DNA of 64,000 bases from an uncultured delta proteobacterium (GCA_963804955.1 CAWDSQ010000024.1:1-64000); one strand, 5' to 3'. Positions 9,805-21,161 are shown, numbered from the stretch's first letter. Notes: a model not told the origin generated them from the sequence alone. Made by a program: numbers and translations.

Positions 9805-11547
9805 ATGGCCACAAACTCTTCAAAACCCATATACACCGAAACCGCGCAATGCCAGGATTGCTATAAGTGCCTGCGCCAGTGTTCGGTAAAAGCAATCAAG
9901 ATCGAAAACGGCCATGCCATGATCATGCCCGACCTGTGCGTGGCCTGCGGCCACTGCGTCGAGACCTGCCCGGTGGGGGCCAAGCGCGTACGCAATGACC
10001 TTGACCGGATGCGGCGCCTGCTGCTTGAAAAAAAACAGGTTATCGTATCGCTGGCCCCGAGCTACATTTCCGAGTTTGACGATATCGGGCCAGCCCGGCT
10101 TACAGCTGCTTTGCGCAGGCTCGGATTCTCCGGCATATCTGAAACCGCTCTCGGAGCTCAGGAAGTATCTGCCCATGCCGCGCAGATGCTGAACACTAGT
10201 GACACAGGCATACATATATCGTCTGCCTGCCCCACCGCTGTTGAGCTCATAAAAAAATATTATCCCCGCTGCGCGGGCTTTGTCACATCCATGCTCTCGC
10301 CCGTGCTTGCTCACTGCAGGCTGCTGCGGCGTCAATACGGCCCGGATATCGGCATTGTTTTTGTCGGGCCCTGCATTGCCAAAAAAATTGAAGCTGATCA
10401 GCATCCCGAGCTTTTGGATGGCGCCATCACCTTCGAAGAGCTGCGCCTGTGGTGGGAGCAGGCAGGAATTGATCCTGCTAAAATGCCCGCTTCGGCTGAT
10501 GCCGGTTTTATCCCCGAGCGCGCGCAGGAAGGGGCGCTCTATCCCGTAGACGGCGGCATGGCCGCAGGCATCAAGGCAAACTGCACAGTCCATGATGCCC
10601 GGTTCATGGTGTTCTCCGGCATCGCAAACATAGGCGAAGCGCTCAAGGACATTGACCTCATGGAAATACGCGCTCCGCTGTTTATTGAAGTGCTTGCCTG
10701 CACAGGCGGCTGCGTCAACGGGCCAAAAGCGCGCAGAGCAAAAAGCACGGTCAGAAAGAGGCAGGAAATTATCAATTATGCGCCCTACCCCGCAGGCGTC
10801 ATTCCGCGCATGCCATCCATTGAAATCGAGGCATCATGGGCCATAGCACCTGTTATCGAGCCGCCCTGCAGCGATGCCGACATGCGCTCCGCGCTCAAAC
10901 GCGTGGGAAAGGTAAGCCCGCAGGACGAGCTCAACTGCGGCTCCTGCGGCTATGACTCCTGCCGCGGTTTTGCCGCAGCCCTGCGCGGCGGCCGGGCCGA
11001 GCCCAGCATGTGCGCGGGCTATATGCGCAAGCTTGCCGGTAAAAAGGCCGATGCCCTTATCCGCACCATGCCGGCAGGCATCGTCATCGTCGACAGTACG
11101 ATGCGCATTATCGAATGCAACCGCAGGTTTGCCGAGCTTCTGGGTGCTGATGCGCTGGCGCTCTACGAAGCCGGAGGCGGCCTCGACGGCGTTGAGCTGC
11201 GAAAAATTTCCTCCATACACTGGCTGTTCAGGCGTGCCCTGTCCCAGCAGATGGAGTCGGTGGAAACCGATGTGAAGCTTCGCGACAGCGTGCTGCATGC
11301 CACCGTTTTCACCATTGAGCAGGAGCAGCTTGCCGGCGGTATTTTTCAGGACATTACAGCCCCGGCCGTTCAGAAGGAGCGCATCATCACCAAGGCCAAA
11401 GAGGTCATCGCCAAGAATATTGCTACCGTGCAGCAGATTGCCTATCTGCTGGGGGAAAATGCCGCGGACTCGGAAGTGATACTCAACTCCATCGTCAGCT
11501 CCTTTGCCCCTGAATCAATTGAACCGCAGGACAAACATGACAGATGA
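9805..11547 (+). CDS. hydS: Group C sensory [FeFe]-hydrogenase with PAS domain (HydS/HfsB-like)
   Basis: N-terminal 2x[4Fe-4S]; variant H-cluster motifs SSACP, GPCIAKKIE, EVLACTGGCVNG; NCGSCGYDSC FeS motif; C-terminal PAS. Confidence 0.9.
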   Translation: MATNSSKPIYTETAQCQDCYKCLRQCSVKAIKIENGHAMIMPDLCVACGHCVETCPVGAKRVRNDLDRMRRLLLEKKQVIVSLAPSYISEFDDIGPARLTAALRRLGFSGISETALGAQEVSAHAAQMLNTSDTGIHISSACPTAVELIKKYYPRCAGFVTSMLSPVLAHCRLLRRQYGPDIGIVFVGPCIAKKIEADQHPELLDGAITFEELRLWWEQAGIDPAKMPASADAGFIPERAQEGALYPVDGGMAAGIKANCTVHDARFMVFSGIANIGEALKDIDLMEIRAPLFIEVLACTGGCVNGPKARRAKSTVRKRQEIINYAPYPAGVIPRMPSIEIEASWAIAPVIEPPCSDADMRSALKRVGKVSPQDELNCGSCGYDSCRGFAAALRGGRAEPSMCAGYMRKLAGKKADALIRTMPAGIVIVDSTMRIIECNRRFAELLGADALALYEAGGGLDGVELRKISSIHWLFRRALSQQMESVETDVKLRDSVLHATVFTIEQEQLAGGIFQDITAPAVQKERIITKAKEVIAKNIATVQQIAYLLGENAADSEVILNSIVSSFAPESIEPQDKHDR

Positions 11548-12727
11548 GCATCCTTTTATCGAAGTCGGTTTCTGGCAGCAGGCCAAGTTCGGGCAGCATG
11601 CCGCAGGGGATGTTTTTCTCTCCAACCGCATACCAGGCCCGGACCGGCTTGTGTGCGTGCTGTCCGATGGACTGGGCAGCGGCATCAAGGCAAATGTGCT
11701 TGCCACCATGACAGCCACCATGGCGCTGAAATACGTATCAGCAGACATTGCTGTTAAAAAGGCTTCGGAGATCATCATGGAGACCCTGCCCGTATGCAGC
11801 CGCCGCAAAATCGGCTATGCCACGTTCACCATAGTTGATGTGGAGCATGACGGGCAGGTGCGCATCATTGAATACGATAATCCGGCCTATGTTCTGATCA
11901 GGCAGGGTAAAAAAGCATCCATGGAGAAAAGCGTTATCGAAATACAGACAAAGCAGCTCGGCATTCGCGAGCTTCGCTACAGCAGCTTTATGGCGCAGGT
12001 TGAGGACCGCCTCGTGCTGGTGACCGACGGCGTAACGCAGTCCGGGCATGGGCAAAAAAGAAATGCCCGTGGGATGGACCGATGCCAAAGCCGCCGATTT
12101 CATCACCGTGGCCTGCATGACCGAGCCCGGCATATCGATGCCCGAAAGCTGTCGCGCTCCGTGGTGCAGCGGGCGCTGCGCAATGACGGCGACAGGCCGA
12201 AGGATGACATAAGCTGCGCGGTCATCAATTTCCGCAGGCCCCGGCATGCGCTGCTGCTCACGGGCCCACCGTTTGATCAGGAACGCGACAGCGAAATAGC
12301 CGGTCTTATCAGGGATTTCAGCGGCATTAAGATCATTTGCGGCGGCACCACGGCAAATATTGTAGCCCGCGAGCTCAAACGCAGCATCGACATCGACTTA
12401 AGCGAGCTTGACCCGCAGATACCGCCGCCCTCGCGCATGGACGGCGTGCATCTTATAACCGAAGGGACCATAACACTCAGCCGCGTGGCCGAGCATCTTG
12501 AAAACGGTGATGCGCCGGAAAGCTTAAAGCAGAACCCGGCTGTGCAGCTGGTTAGATTTCTGCTGGAGAGCGACATAATAGATTTCGTAGTCGGCACCAA
12601 GATAAACGAAGCGCATCAGGACCCGAATCTGCCTGTCGAGCTTGACATACGGCGAAATCTTATCCGCCGCATCGTGCGCCTGCTCAATGAAAAATACATG
12701 AAGGCGGCAACGATTCGCTTTATTTGA
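11537..12727 (+). CDS. SpoIIE/PP2C-family Ser/Thr phosphatase (HfsC-like)
   Basis: VLSDGLGSGIKANVLA, TDGVTQSG, DDISC, CGGTTA; compensating indels around 12045-12140. Confidence 0.9.
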   Translation: MTDEHPFIEVGFWQQAKFGQHAAGDVFLSNRIPGPDRLVCVLSDGLGSGIKANVLATMTATMALKYVSADIAVKKASEIIMETLPVCSRRKIGYATFTIVDVEHDGQVRIIEYDNPAYVLIRQGKKASMEKSVIEIQTKQLGIRELRYSSFMAQVEDRLVLVTDGVTQSGHGQKRNARGMDRCQSRRFHHRGLHDRARHIDARKLSRSVVQRALRNDGDRPKDDISCAVINFRRPRHALLLTGPPFDQERDSEIAGLIRDFSGIKIICGGTTANIVARELKRSIDIDLSELDPQIPPPSRMDGVHLITEGTITLSRVAEHLENGDAPESLKQNPAVQLVRFLLESDIIDFVVGTKINEAHQDPNLPVELDIRRNLIRRIVRLLNEKYMKAATIRFI

Positions 12728-12782
12728 TTTGTTATGTATCTAACAGCCGCCGGCACGGCTACATGAATATCAAGGAGCTGCA

Positions 12783-13280
12783 ATGGACAAGGAAAGTATC
12801 AGAAAATTCGAGTATGTTTTTGAAATCGTGGAACGAAACGAGCGCAACCCTGCCCGCCTCATACCGATACTGCAGGCTGTGCAGGAGCAGTACCGGTATC
12901 TTCCCGAGGAAATCCTTACCCTGGTTGCAACGGCCCTTGGCCTGTCGCCGGCCAAGGTATTCGGCGTGGCAACTTTCTACTCGCATTTCACCCTCACCCC
13001 CAAAGGTAAATATTGCATCCGCATCTGCGACGGCACGGCCTGCCATGTGAAGCGCTCCGACGGCCTGCTGGAGGCCCTGCGCGAAAAGCTCCACCTGCGC
13101 GAAGGCGCCTCTACCACGGCTGATCTGCTCTTTACGCTGGAAACGGTGTCATGCCTCGGCGCCTGCGGCCTTGCACCGGTCATCGTTATCAACGACGAGG
13201 TGTACGGCCAGATGACGCCGGTAAAAGCTGTTGCGCTCGTCGATGATATTTTTCAGAAGGAGGCGGCACATGACAACTGA
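12783..13280 (+). CDS. hydC: Bifurcating hydrogenase NuoE-like [2Fe-2S] subunit
   Basis: GVATFY, CDGTACHV, CLGACGLAP. Confidence 0.9.
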   Translation: MDKESIRKFEYVFEIVERNERNPARLIPILQAVQEQYRYLPEEILTLVATALGLSPAKVFGVATFYSHFTLTPKGKYCIRICDGTACHVKRSDGLLEALREKLHLREGASTTADLLFTLETVSCLGACGLAPVIVINDEVYGQMTPVKAVALVDDIFQKEAAHDN

Positions 13281-15163
13281 CGCAGCTACAGCTTGATGCC
13301 ATACAGGCAGCCTACGAGACAAAAACCGCACGGCTTACAAACCGCGTCATTATCTGCGCGGGTACGGGATGCGTGGCCAACGGCTCGCTGAAAGTACATG
13401 ATGCTTTCTGCCGTGAAATTGCAGCAGCAGGCCTTCCGCTCACGGTTGAGCTGGCAGAGGAAAACAGCGGAACTCATGTCTCCCGCAGCGGCTGCCAGGG
13501 TTTCTGCCAGATGGGCCCTCTGGTTACCATACTGCCGCAGAACATCCTGTACACGAAAGTACAGCCCTCTGATGTGCCGGACATCGTTGCAGAAACCCTC
13601 ATGGCCGGCAGGATTGTCGAGCGGCTGCTCTATGTTAACCCCGCCGATGGCCAGCGCTGCCGCGGCACGGACGATATACCGTTTTACCGCCTTCAGCAGC
13701 GGTATGTGCTGAAAAATTGCGGCATCATCGACCCCGGGGATCCGTCCGAATATATCGCCGGTGGCGGCTACCGCGGCGCCATGAAAGCGGTTCTTGAGAT
13801 GACGCCCGAGCAGCTGTGCAGCGAAATGCTCGATGCATGCCTGCGGGGCCGCGGCGGCGGAGGTTTTCCGACCGGCATGAAATGGGAAATGGCCCGCAAG
13901 CAGCCTGAAGGCAAAAAATACATTATCTGCAATGGCGATGAGGGCGATCCCGGCGCTTTCATGGACCGCAGCGTCATGGAAGGCAATCCCCACAGCGTGG
14001 TCGAAGGCATGATCATCGCGGGCCGCGCCATCGGCGCCGATGAGGGATATGTGTATGTGCGCGCCGAATACCCCCTTGCCGTGCAGCGCATGCGCAAGGC
14101 GGTCGATGATGCCCGCAGGCTCGGCATCCTGGGCGACCGCATATTCGGCAGCTCATCCTCATTCAACCTGCATGTGATGGAAGGCGCGGGCGCTTTCGTA
14201 TGCGGCGAGGAATCAGCCATGATCGCCTCGATTCAGGGCAGCCGCGGCATGCCCATGCCCAAGCCCCCCTTTCCGGTTCAAAGCGGCCTGTGGGGCAAGC
14301 CAACCGTCATTAACAATGTAGAAACACTTGCAACCGTACCTCTCATTATTTCAGGCGGAGCCGCAGCCTTCAGGCTCATGGGCACAAAATACTCGCCAGG
14401 CACCAAAACCTTTGCCATAACGGGCCATGTGGCAAATACGGGCCTCATCGAAGTGCCCTTCGGCACCACGCTGCGTGAGATTATTTTTAATATCGCCGGC
14501 GGCGTTACCAATGACGACGGGACCCTGTGCAATGAAGCCTTCAAGGCCGTTCAGATAGGCGGCCCGTCGGGCGGCTGCCTCACGGAAAAAGATCTCGACC
14601 TGCCCCTTGATTTCGACAGCCTTAAATTCGCCGGCGCCATGGTGGGCTCCGGCGGCCTTGTGGTCATGAATTCCGGCACCTGCATGGTCGCTATCGCGCG
14701 CTTCTTCATGCAGTTTGCCCAAAATGAGTCCTGCGGCAAATGCGTGCTGTGCCGTGAGGGCACGCGCCAGATGCTTGACCTGCTGGACGATATAATTGAA
14801 GGCCGGGCAGACAGCGCCACCCTTGATCTGCTGAAAGATCTTGGCCAGTGCGTGCAGAAAGGCTCGCTGTGCGGCCTTGGCAAAACAGCCCCAAACCCCG
14901 TGCTCTCCACACTTGCCAAATTCCCGGATGAATACCGCGCTCATGTTGAGCAAAAGTATTGCCCCACGGGCCGCTGCAAGGCTCTGGTCAAATTACGCAT
15001 ACTGCCCGAATACTGCAAGGGCTGCATGCAGTGCAAAAAAAAATGCCCCGTCGGGGCCATTACAGGCATAAAAGGCGCGCCCCATGAAATCGATCCGGCA
15101 AAATGCATCAAATGCTGGGCCTGCATAGAAGTCTGCCGTCTCAATGCAATTACAGGAGCCTGA
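13270..15163 (+). CDS. hydB: Bifurcating hydrogenase NuoF-like FMN/NADH subunit (indel near start)
   Basis: LRGRGGGGFPTG, CNGDEGDPGAFMDR, GAGAFVCGEE, ESCGKCVLCREG, C-terminal 2x[4Fe-4S]; N-terminal ICAGTGC lies upstream of ORF 13373. Confidence 0.9.
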
Positions 15164-15166
15164 TCC

Positions 15167-17176
15167 ATGAATATACAAGAAAACACCATTACCATAGACA
15201 AGACACTCGTGCCCATAGAGAACGAAAAAAATATTCTCGAGCTTGTCCGTAAGGCAGGCATCGACCTGCCCACCTTCTGCTACCATTCCGAGCTGAGCGT
15301 CTACGGCGCCTGCAGGCTCTGCATGGTTGAAGTTGTGGGCCGCGGCCTCATGTGGGCCTGCTCGACCCCTCCCGAACCGGGCATGATAATCAAAACAACC
15401 ACGCAGGAAATACGGGAGATGCGCAAGATCATCGTAGAGCTGCTGCTGGCAAGCCATGAGCAGGCCTGCCCAACCTGCGCCAAAAGCGCAAGCTGCCAGC
15501 TGCAGGACCTGGCGCGCAAGCTGGGCGTGAAAAGCGTGCGGTATAAACCAAGGAAGCGAAAACTGCCCCTTGATATGTCCTCGGACAGCCTCATGCGCGA
15601 CCCGAACAAGTGCGTGCTGTGCGGCGACTGCGTTCGCGTCTGCGCCGAAGTGCAATCCGTCGGGGCCATCGATTTCGCCTACCGCGGGGCCCAGTCAACG
15701 GTCATGCCCTGCTTCGGCCGGGAGCTGGGCAAGGTGGAGTGCGTAAACTGCGGCCAGTGCGCCCGCGTCTGCCCCACCGGCGCTATTGTGCCTAAACCCG
15801 AAGTCGATGATGTGTGGCGGGTGCTTGATGATACGCAGTATGTGGTCGTGGCGCAGGTGGCGCCTGCCGTGCGCGTTGCCCTGGGAGAGCTGTTCGGGCT
15901 TGAGCCGGGCACTGCAGTCACCGGCCAACTGGTTACCGCCCTGCGCAAACTCGGCTTTGACCGCGTATTTGATACATCCTTCACCGCCGATCTCACCGTT
16001 ATCGAGGAAACACATGAATTTATTGAGCGGTTCAAAAAGGGCGAGCGCCTGCCCCAGTTCACCTCCTGCTGCCCGGCATGGGTGAAGTTCATGGAGCAGT
16101 ATTACCCGGAGCTGCTCCCCAATCTCTCATCATGCCGCTCGCCTCAACAGATGTTCGGCTCACTGTGCAAGGAAATGCTCTCGGCAGAGCTCGGCGTCAA
16201 AAAAGAGCAGATCATTGTTGTCTCCATCATGCCCTGCACAGCTAAAAAAGCTGAGGCCCGGAGGCCGGAATTCGAGCATGACGGGCAGCGGGATGTTGAT
16301 TATGTTCTGACAACGCAGGAGCTTGCCCAGATGATCGATGAAGCGGGCATGCCGTTTAAAAATTTTGAGCCCGATTCCTTTGACATGCCTTTCGGCTTTA
16401 AAACCGGCGCGGGCATAATTTTCGGCAATTCGGGCGGCGTGAGCGAGGCTGTGCTGCGTCTTGCCGTTGAAAAAATAACCGGCAAACGGCCCACGCAGTG
16501 CGAGATACCGCAGGTGCGCGGGGACGCGGAAGTGCGCGAGCTTGAGCTTAAAGTGGGTGATAAAACCCTGCGGCTTGCCATTGTCAGCGGCCTTGCCAAT
16601 GCCAGAAAAATTCTGGAAAAAGTTAAAAGCGGTGAAGCAGCCTATGACCTTATCGAAGTCATGGCCTGCCCGGGCGGCTGCATCGGCGGCGCCGGCCAGC
16701 CCGTATACCGTGATCAGCATGTCAAGCGCAGCCGTACAAAGGGCCTCTATGATCATGAAACGCATATGCAGCTGCGGCATGCGCAGGACAATCCCTTTGT
16801 GCAGGGTCTCTACAAAACGCATCTGGACGGCATCGGCGGCCATGATGCCCACAAACTTCTGCATACGGGCTATCAGTCGCAGCGCCGAAGCTGTGTTGAA
16901 GATGTGCCTGTGCATACGGCAGGCACCGCAGCAAAGGAGCCGGTTGAAATATCGGTCTGTTTCGGCACGAGCTGCTTTCTGCGGGGTTCACAGCAGCTCA
17001 TGCATGATATTCTTGACCACATCAAAGAACATGACCTTGCCCGGAAAGTCGATGTGCGGGCATCGTTCTGCTTTGAGCAGTGCGACCGCGGCCCTACCGT
17101 GCGCATCGGCGATGAGGTTATCAACAAATGCACGATTGAACAGGTAGCGGATATGCTTGCGAAGAAGAAATTATAA
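15167..17176 (+). CDS. hydA: [FeFe]-hydrogenase catalytic subunit, group A3, with C-terminal [2Fe-2S] domain
   Basis: Canonical FTSCCPAW, MPCTAKKAE, EVMACPGGCIGGAGQ; N-terminal FeS domains; C-terminal CFGTSCF..CFEQCDRGP. Confidence 0.95.
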   Translation: MNIQENTITIDKTLVPIENEKNILELVRKAGIDLPTFCYHSELSVYGACRLCMVEVVGRGLMWACSTPPEPGMIIKTTTQEIREMRKIIVELLLASHEQACPTCAKSASCQLQDLARKLGVKSVRYKPRKRKLPLDMSSDSLMRDPNKCVLCGDCVRVCAEVQSVGAIDFAYRGAQSTVMPCFGRELGKVECVNCGQCARVCPTGAIVPKPEVDDVWRVLDDTQYVVVAQVAPAVRVALGELFGLEPGTAVTGQLVTALRKLGFDRVFDTSFTADLTVIEETHEFIERFKKGERLPQFTSCCPAWVKFMEQYYPELLPNLSSCRSPQQMFGSLCKEMLSAELGVKKEQIIVVSIMPCTAKKAEARRPEFEHDGQRDVDYVLTTQELAQMIDEAGMPFKNFEPDSFDMPFGFKTGAGIIFGNSGGVSEAVLRLAVEKITGKRPTQCEIPQVRGDAEVRELELKVGDKTLRLAIVSGLANARKILEKVKSGEAAYDLIEVMACPGGCIGGAGQPVYRDQHVKRSRTKGLYDHETHMQLRHAQDNPFVQGLYKTHLDGIGGHDAHKLLHTGYQSQRRSCVEDVPVHTAGTAAKEPVEISVCFGTSCFLRGSQQLMHDILDHIKEHDLARKVDVRASFCFEQCDRGPTVRIGDEVINKCTIEQVADMLAKKKL

Positions 17177-17204
17177 ATTAACCACCCCAGTGCAATCATC
17201 GAGG

Positions 17205-17480
17205 TAATGGAACTCTCAGCAACAAGCTTCGGGGTATCTCCGAGATCGCCACGGCCTATCGGCCTCGCGATGACACCCTCTTGATTGTCACTGCGGGAAG
17301 CGGAGCAACGAAGCAATCTCTCACTTACTGTCATTGCGAACGGAGTGAAGCAATCTCTGCAAAGCACTGTAACAAAAATTTTATCCTACACAGCATCCTG
17401 CTTTTATTACTTGTCATTCCCGCTTGACGGGAATCCCTTTTAGCGTACGGAAAATGATTCCGGACAAGCCGGAATGACAT
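17205..17480. repeat. Cluster of REP-like palindromes
   Basis: GAGATCGCCACGGCCT..GGCCTCGCGATGAC; two GTCA(C/T)TGCG..GAAGCAATCTC copies; GTCATTCCCGC..GGGAATCC / GATTCCGGACAAGCCGGAATGAC. Confidence 0.75.
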
Positions 17481-17946
17481 AGGTTCGATTTACGCCAACA
17501 CAGGACTAGACGACACAAAAGAAGGTGCGAAAAATTCCCCCTTTAGCAAAGGGGGATAAAAAAGGCATGTTTTTTTGTATAAACAAATACCCCATTTTTT
17601 TATGGGGAGCTGCATAAGGGTTATAGTAATTTGATTAATGCTCTAACGAACAATCGACCCTTGACTGTATCTTATCCGCTATAGTATATCTTCAAAAACT
17701 ACCCATTGCACCATTCACTGCCATTGGGGGAATGTTCATGGCATGTTTCATACTAATTCAGCTGCACGACGCAAAAAAAGCGTTGGGGCTTTTTTACCAG
17801 AACCTCCTCGCCCCCGACAGGGGAGAGGATCAAGGTGAGGGGGTTATGTTTTTAAATCATTTTTTCCGAACTCCGAACTCATAACTCCGAACTTTCTAAA
17901 AACTCTGTGGTAAATACTTTTTTCATAATTTTAAGGAGGATCAACC

Positions 17947-18447
17947 ATGGCAACAACAGCACTCAAAGGCAATCCCGTACAACTCAAAGGCGAACTTCCC
18001 GCTATCGGCTCGAAAGCCCCCGACTTTCTGCTCACCAAAAACGATCTCTCCGATGTAACGCTCAAGGACTTTGCCGGCAAAAAGATCGTGCTGAATATCT
18101 TCCCCAGCATCGACACAGCCGTATGCGCAACTTCGGTGCGGAAATTCAACCAGGCATTTGATAAGCGCACCGATGCGGTCGTTCTCTGCGTGTCGATGGA
18201 CCTGCCCTTTGCCCAGGCCCGCTTCTGCGGCGCCGAGGGTCTCAACAATGTCATCACCGTATCCGACTTTCGCACCCGCACATTCGGAGCGGCCTACGGC
18301 GTGCTCATTGCCGACGGACCCCTTGCCGGCCTCTGCGCCCGAGCAGTAGTTGCCATCGGCCCCGACGGCAAAGTCATCTACACCCAGCTTGTCAGTGAAA
18401 TCACCACCGAGCCGGATTACGACAGCGCATTGAAGGCGATTGGGTAA
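17947..18447 (+). CDS. tpx: Thiol peroxidase
   Basis: [34 protein letters not shown]. Confidence 0.95.
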   Translation: MATTALKGNPVQLKGELPAIGSKAPDFLLTKNDLSDVTLKDFAGKKIVLNIFPSIDTAVCATSVRKFNQAFDKRTDAVVLCVSMDLPFAQARFCGAEGLNNVITVSDFRTRTFGAAYGVLIADGPLAGLCARAVVAIGPDGKVIYTQLVSEITTEPDYDSALKAIG

Positions 18448-18490
18448 TAAAAAATTCATGCGGAACTCTTGTCACTGCATCAGGTGAGCT

Positions 18491-18618
18491 AGTAGGGTGC
18501 GCCGCTCGCACCATTGACAGCCTGACGTCGGTTGCTGTGTTGATATGTCTACGGTGAACAAAATCGCTTTTTTGATGTGATCTGGTAATTTTATTTTGGT
18601 GCGCACGGCGCACCCTAC
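18491..18618. repeat. GTAG-type REP doublet (REPIN-like)
   Basis: GTAGGGTGCGCCGCTCGCACCA ... TGGTGCGCACGGCGCACCCTAC inverted pair. Confidence 0.75.
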
Positions 18619-18697
18619 AAGCTGAACGTGGTTCCGTTGCGCTCCACTTACGGGTGAAGTCGAACGTTACACGAATGAAGAAAGGAACTACTGAGAC

Positions 18698-19561
18698 ATG
18701 GACTTCGAATACAAGAAAATTAATTCCTGCAAATTGAGAGACGTCGGCAAAGATGAAAGATGGCTCCAAGAAAGAATATCTGAAGATCCATCAATTTTAG
18801 GGTTGGGAGACTTGATTGTTCTCCAGAGGGAAAAAAGCCAACCGACCGGCGGCAGAATTGATTTCATGATGTTTGAGCCGGAAGAAAAAACGCGGTATGA
18901 AATTGAAGTCATGCTCGGGACTCTGGACGAAAGCCACATCATAAGGACAATTGAATACTGGGATGTTGAAAGGCGACGATATCCAAATATCGATCACCGC
19001 GCTGTAATAGTAGCCGAGGACATTACCAACAGATTTTTTAATGTGATAGGCATATTGAATAAAGCAGTACCAATTATTGCTCTACAACTTAATGCATTCG
19101 TGGTTGATAACTCGCTAGTTTTAAACTTTGTTAAAGTACTTGATCTTGTCCAAGAAGAAGACCTTGATGAAGAAGAGAACAATGACCCTGTTGATAGGAA
19201 ATATTGGATAAACAGATCAAGTGAACAATCTTTGAAAGTTATGGAAGAAATGACAAGTATCGTTTCAGAAAATGGTTCAAAAACTAGAGTCATTTACAAT
19301 AGGGGCCATATTGCCTTTGGGACTAATGGAACAAATTTTATGTGGTTTCATCCCCGAAAAGGCAGCAGGCTTCACTGTGAAATAAAAATTGGAGAGGAAA
19401 AAAGAGAAGAAGTCACAACATCACTCAACGAAAAGGGGCTTGAAGCACGGCTTAGGGGCAAGCGGAACATTTCACTCATGATTACTGAAACCGAATTTAA
19501 AGAAAACAAAGATACCATACGTGAAGCGATAAAGATCGCCGAAGAAGGCTCAATAAGATAA
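18698..19561 (+). CDS. Hypothetical protein with a PD-(D/E)XK/NucS-like N-terminal domain
   Basis: ERWLQE..LGL..QREK..GRIDF..YEIEV pattern; AT-rich; domain assignment is inference. Confidence 0.6.
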   Translation: MDFEYKKINSCKLRDVGKDERWLQERISEDPSILGLGDLIVLQREKSQPTGGRIDFMMFEPEEKTRYEIEVMLGTLDESHIIRTIEYWDVERRRYPNIDHRAVIVAEDITNRFFNVIGILNKAVPIIALQLNAFVVDNSLVLNFVKVLDLVQEEDLDEEENNDPVDRKYWINRSSEQSLKVMEEMTSIVSENGSKTRVIYNRGHIAFGTNGTNFMWFHPRKGSRLHCEIKIGEEKREEVTTSLNEKGLEARLRGKRNISLMITETEFKENKDTIREAIKIAEEGSIR

Positions 19562-19685
19562 AGCCGTTTAACAACCACATCGAAGGGACGCGGGAATAGC
19601 CCACTTTCTTTTTTGGTCCCATCGGCTATGGTAAATAGGGGTAAATAAGGGACAGTTGTCCCCTTAAAAGCCTTGGAGCTGAGTT

Positions 19686-20202
19686 GTGCGTATAGTAACT
19701 TTCTGGCTGCTTCTCTTACTCGTATTGTGGTTGCCAGGGTATGCCCGCGGACAAGAGCCTAAACAGTATCGACTTCTCCCCGACCTGGATTTGAGAGTGT
19801 TTGCCTGTTCGGGGAATCCTGGCCATCATCTTTTGTCATCGCAAGCTGACTTGATACAAACACTCGAGCAGTTATCGAAGCACTGTCGGCCTGACGACTT
19901 TCAAAGAATGAAAGTGGCGTTTCTTAGCGAGCCTGCAATTGGCAAATATTCAATGGCAGAACGAAGCCCTGGCTGTGGTTTCCGAGTGGTACGGCACGGG
20001 GATGGCAACGGCCCATTTGGAGTTAACCGTGAATCAACCTGGGATACTGGAAGCCGCGATCGTCTGGAAGGTACCGCCCCCACCTCATACTCCTGACACG
20101 GCAGTATATCGTGGAGCGTTTGCGGTTAACAAAGCTGTCGTGAGCATGATTCGCGTCCGTGGCAAGAAGGACGAGGTAACCGAACTGGCAATCATCAAGT
20201 AG
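19686..20202 (+). CDS. Secreted hypothetical protein (frameshifted)
   Basis: ORF 19686-20096 has a signal peptide and continues in ORF 19939-20202. Confidence 0.45.
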
Positions 20203-20214
20203 TGGCCTCAGCCT

Positions 20215-20331
20215 GCAGGTTGGGTTGAACAAAGTGAAACCCAACATAACAGCTGAATAAAAATATACAGCAGGTTATATTTTAAATATCGTGGCCTAGA
20301 ACTGTTGGGTTACGTTTCTCAACCCAACCTG
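20215..20331. repeat. REP doublet (GCAGGTTGGGTT family)
   Basis: GCAGGTTGGGTTGAAC..AACCCAACA / TGTTGGGTT..AACCCAACCTGC; same family at 60548-60603. Confidence 0.7.
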
Positions 20332-20359
20332 CGGCTGCAAGAAAGAGGGATGTGAGACC

Positions 20360-20872
20360 ATGAATCCAAAGATCGTTATCAGGAACGAGACGCATGACGA
20401 TATTTGCGCGATATCTGAGGTGACTATCGCAGCATTCACGTCCTTGGAGATCAGCAACCACACGGAGCAGTTTATCATCGAGGCGCTGCGTGCCGCAAAA
20501 GCTCTTACGGTATCGCTGGTCGCAGAAATGGATGGCCGGGTGATAGGCCATATTGCTTTCTCTCCGGTGACCATTTCCGACGGCACCCCGAACTGGTACG
20601 GACTTGGACCAGTTTCGGTCTTGCCGGAACACCAGCGGCAGGGCATAGGCAAAGCACTGATACAGGAAGGGTTGGCGCGCCTGAAAAATATGAAGGCTCA
20701 GGGCTGTTGTCTCGTGGGACATCCGGATTACTACAGGAAATTCGGGTTCAATAACATGTCTGGACTTGTGCATGAGGGCGTGCCTCAGGAGGTCTTCTTC
20801 GCCCTGTCTTTCAACGGGCATGTCCCGCAGGGCACTGTCGCTTTCCACGAAGGATTCAAAGCAGATGGCTAG
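20360..20872 (+). CDS. GNAT N-acetyltransferase (YhbS-like)
   Basis: GHIAFSPV, LGPVSVLPEHQRQGIGKALI, GHPDYYRKFGF. Confidence 0.9.
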   Translation: MNPKIVIRNETHDDICAISEVTIAAFTSLEISNHTEQFIIEALRAAKALTVSLVAEMDGRVIGHIAFSPVTISDGTPNWYGLGPVSVLPEHQRQGIGKALIQEGLARLKNMKAQGCCLVGHPDYYRKFGFNNMSGLVHEGVPQEVFFALSFNGHVPQGTVAFHEGFKADG

Positions 20873-21161
20873 CAAGAAGGTGCAGCAGGCAGCTTGGGTG
20901 CAAACCAACTAATAATGGTAAAAATAATCGGTGGGTTCCGCTATGTTGCACCCACTCTACCGGCTGAAGGTCCAAGCTGTTCAGTGTGGCGCGGACATCG
21001 AGATTGTTGATCAGCGCGTGGACGTTTTTCGTATCAGGGCTATTGGCTCTTCAGCCTGTGTGTTCACCTAAGCTGGTGATCCGCCGAGTCGCAAGAGGCG
21101 AGATGTTGAACTCAAACTGTTAAGATGCACATACAAATACTGCACGTGAGGAGATACAACC

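Noticed and set aside
17865..17893. Heptamer run CCGAACT x4 (one variant)
   Set aside because: Short intergenic microsatellite with no supportable function
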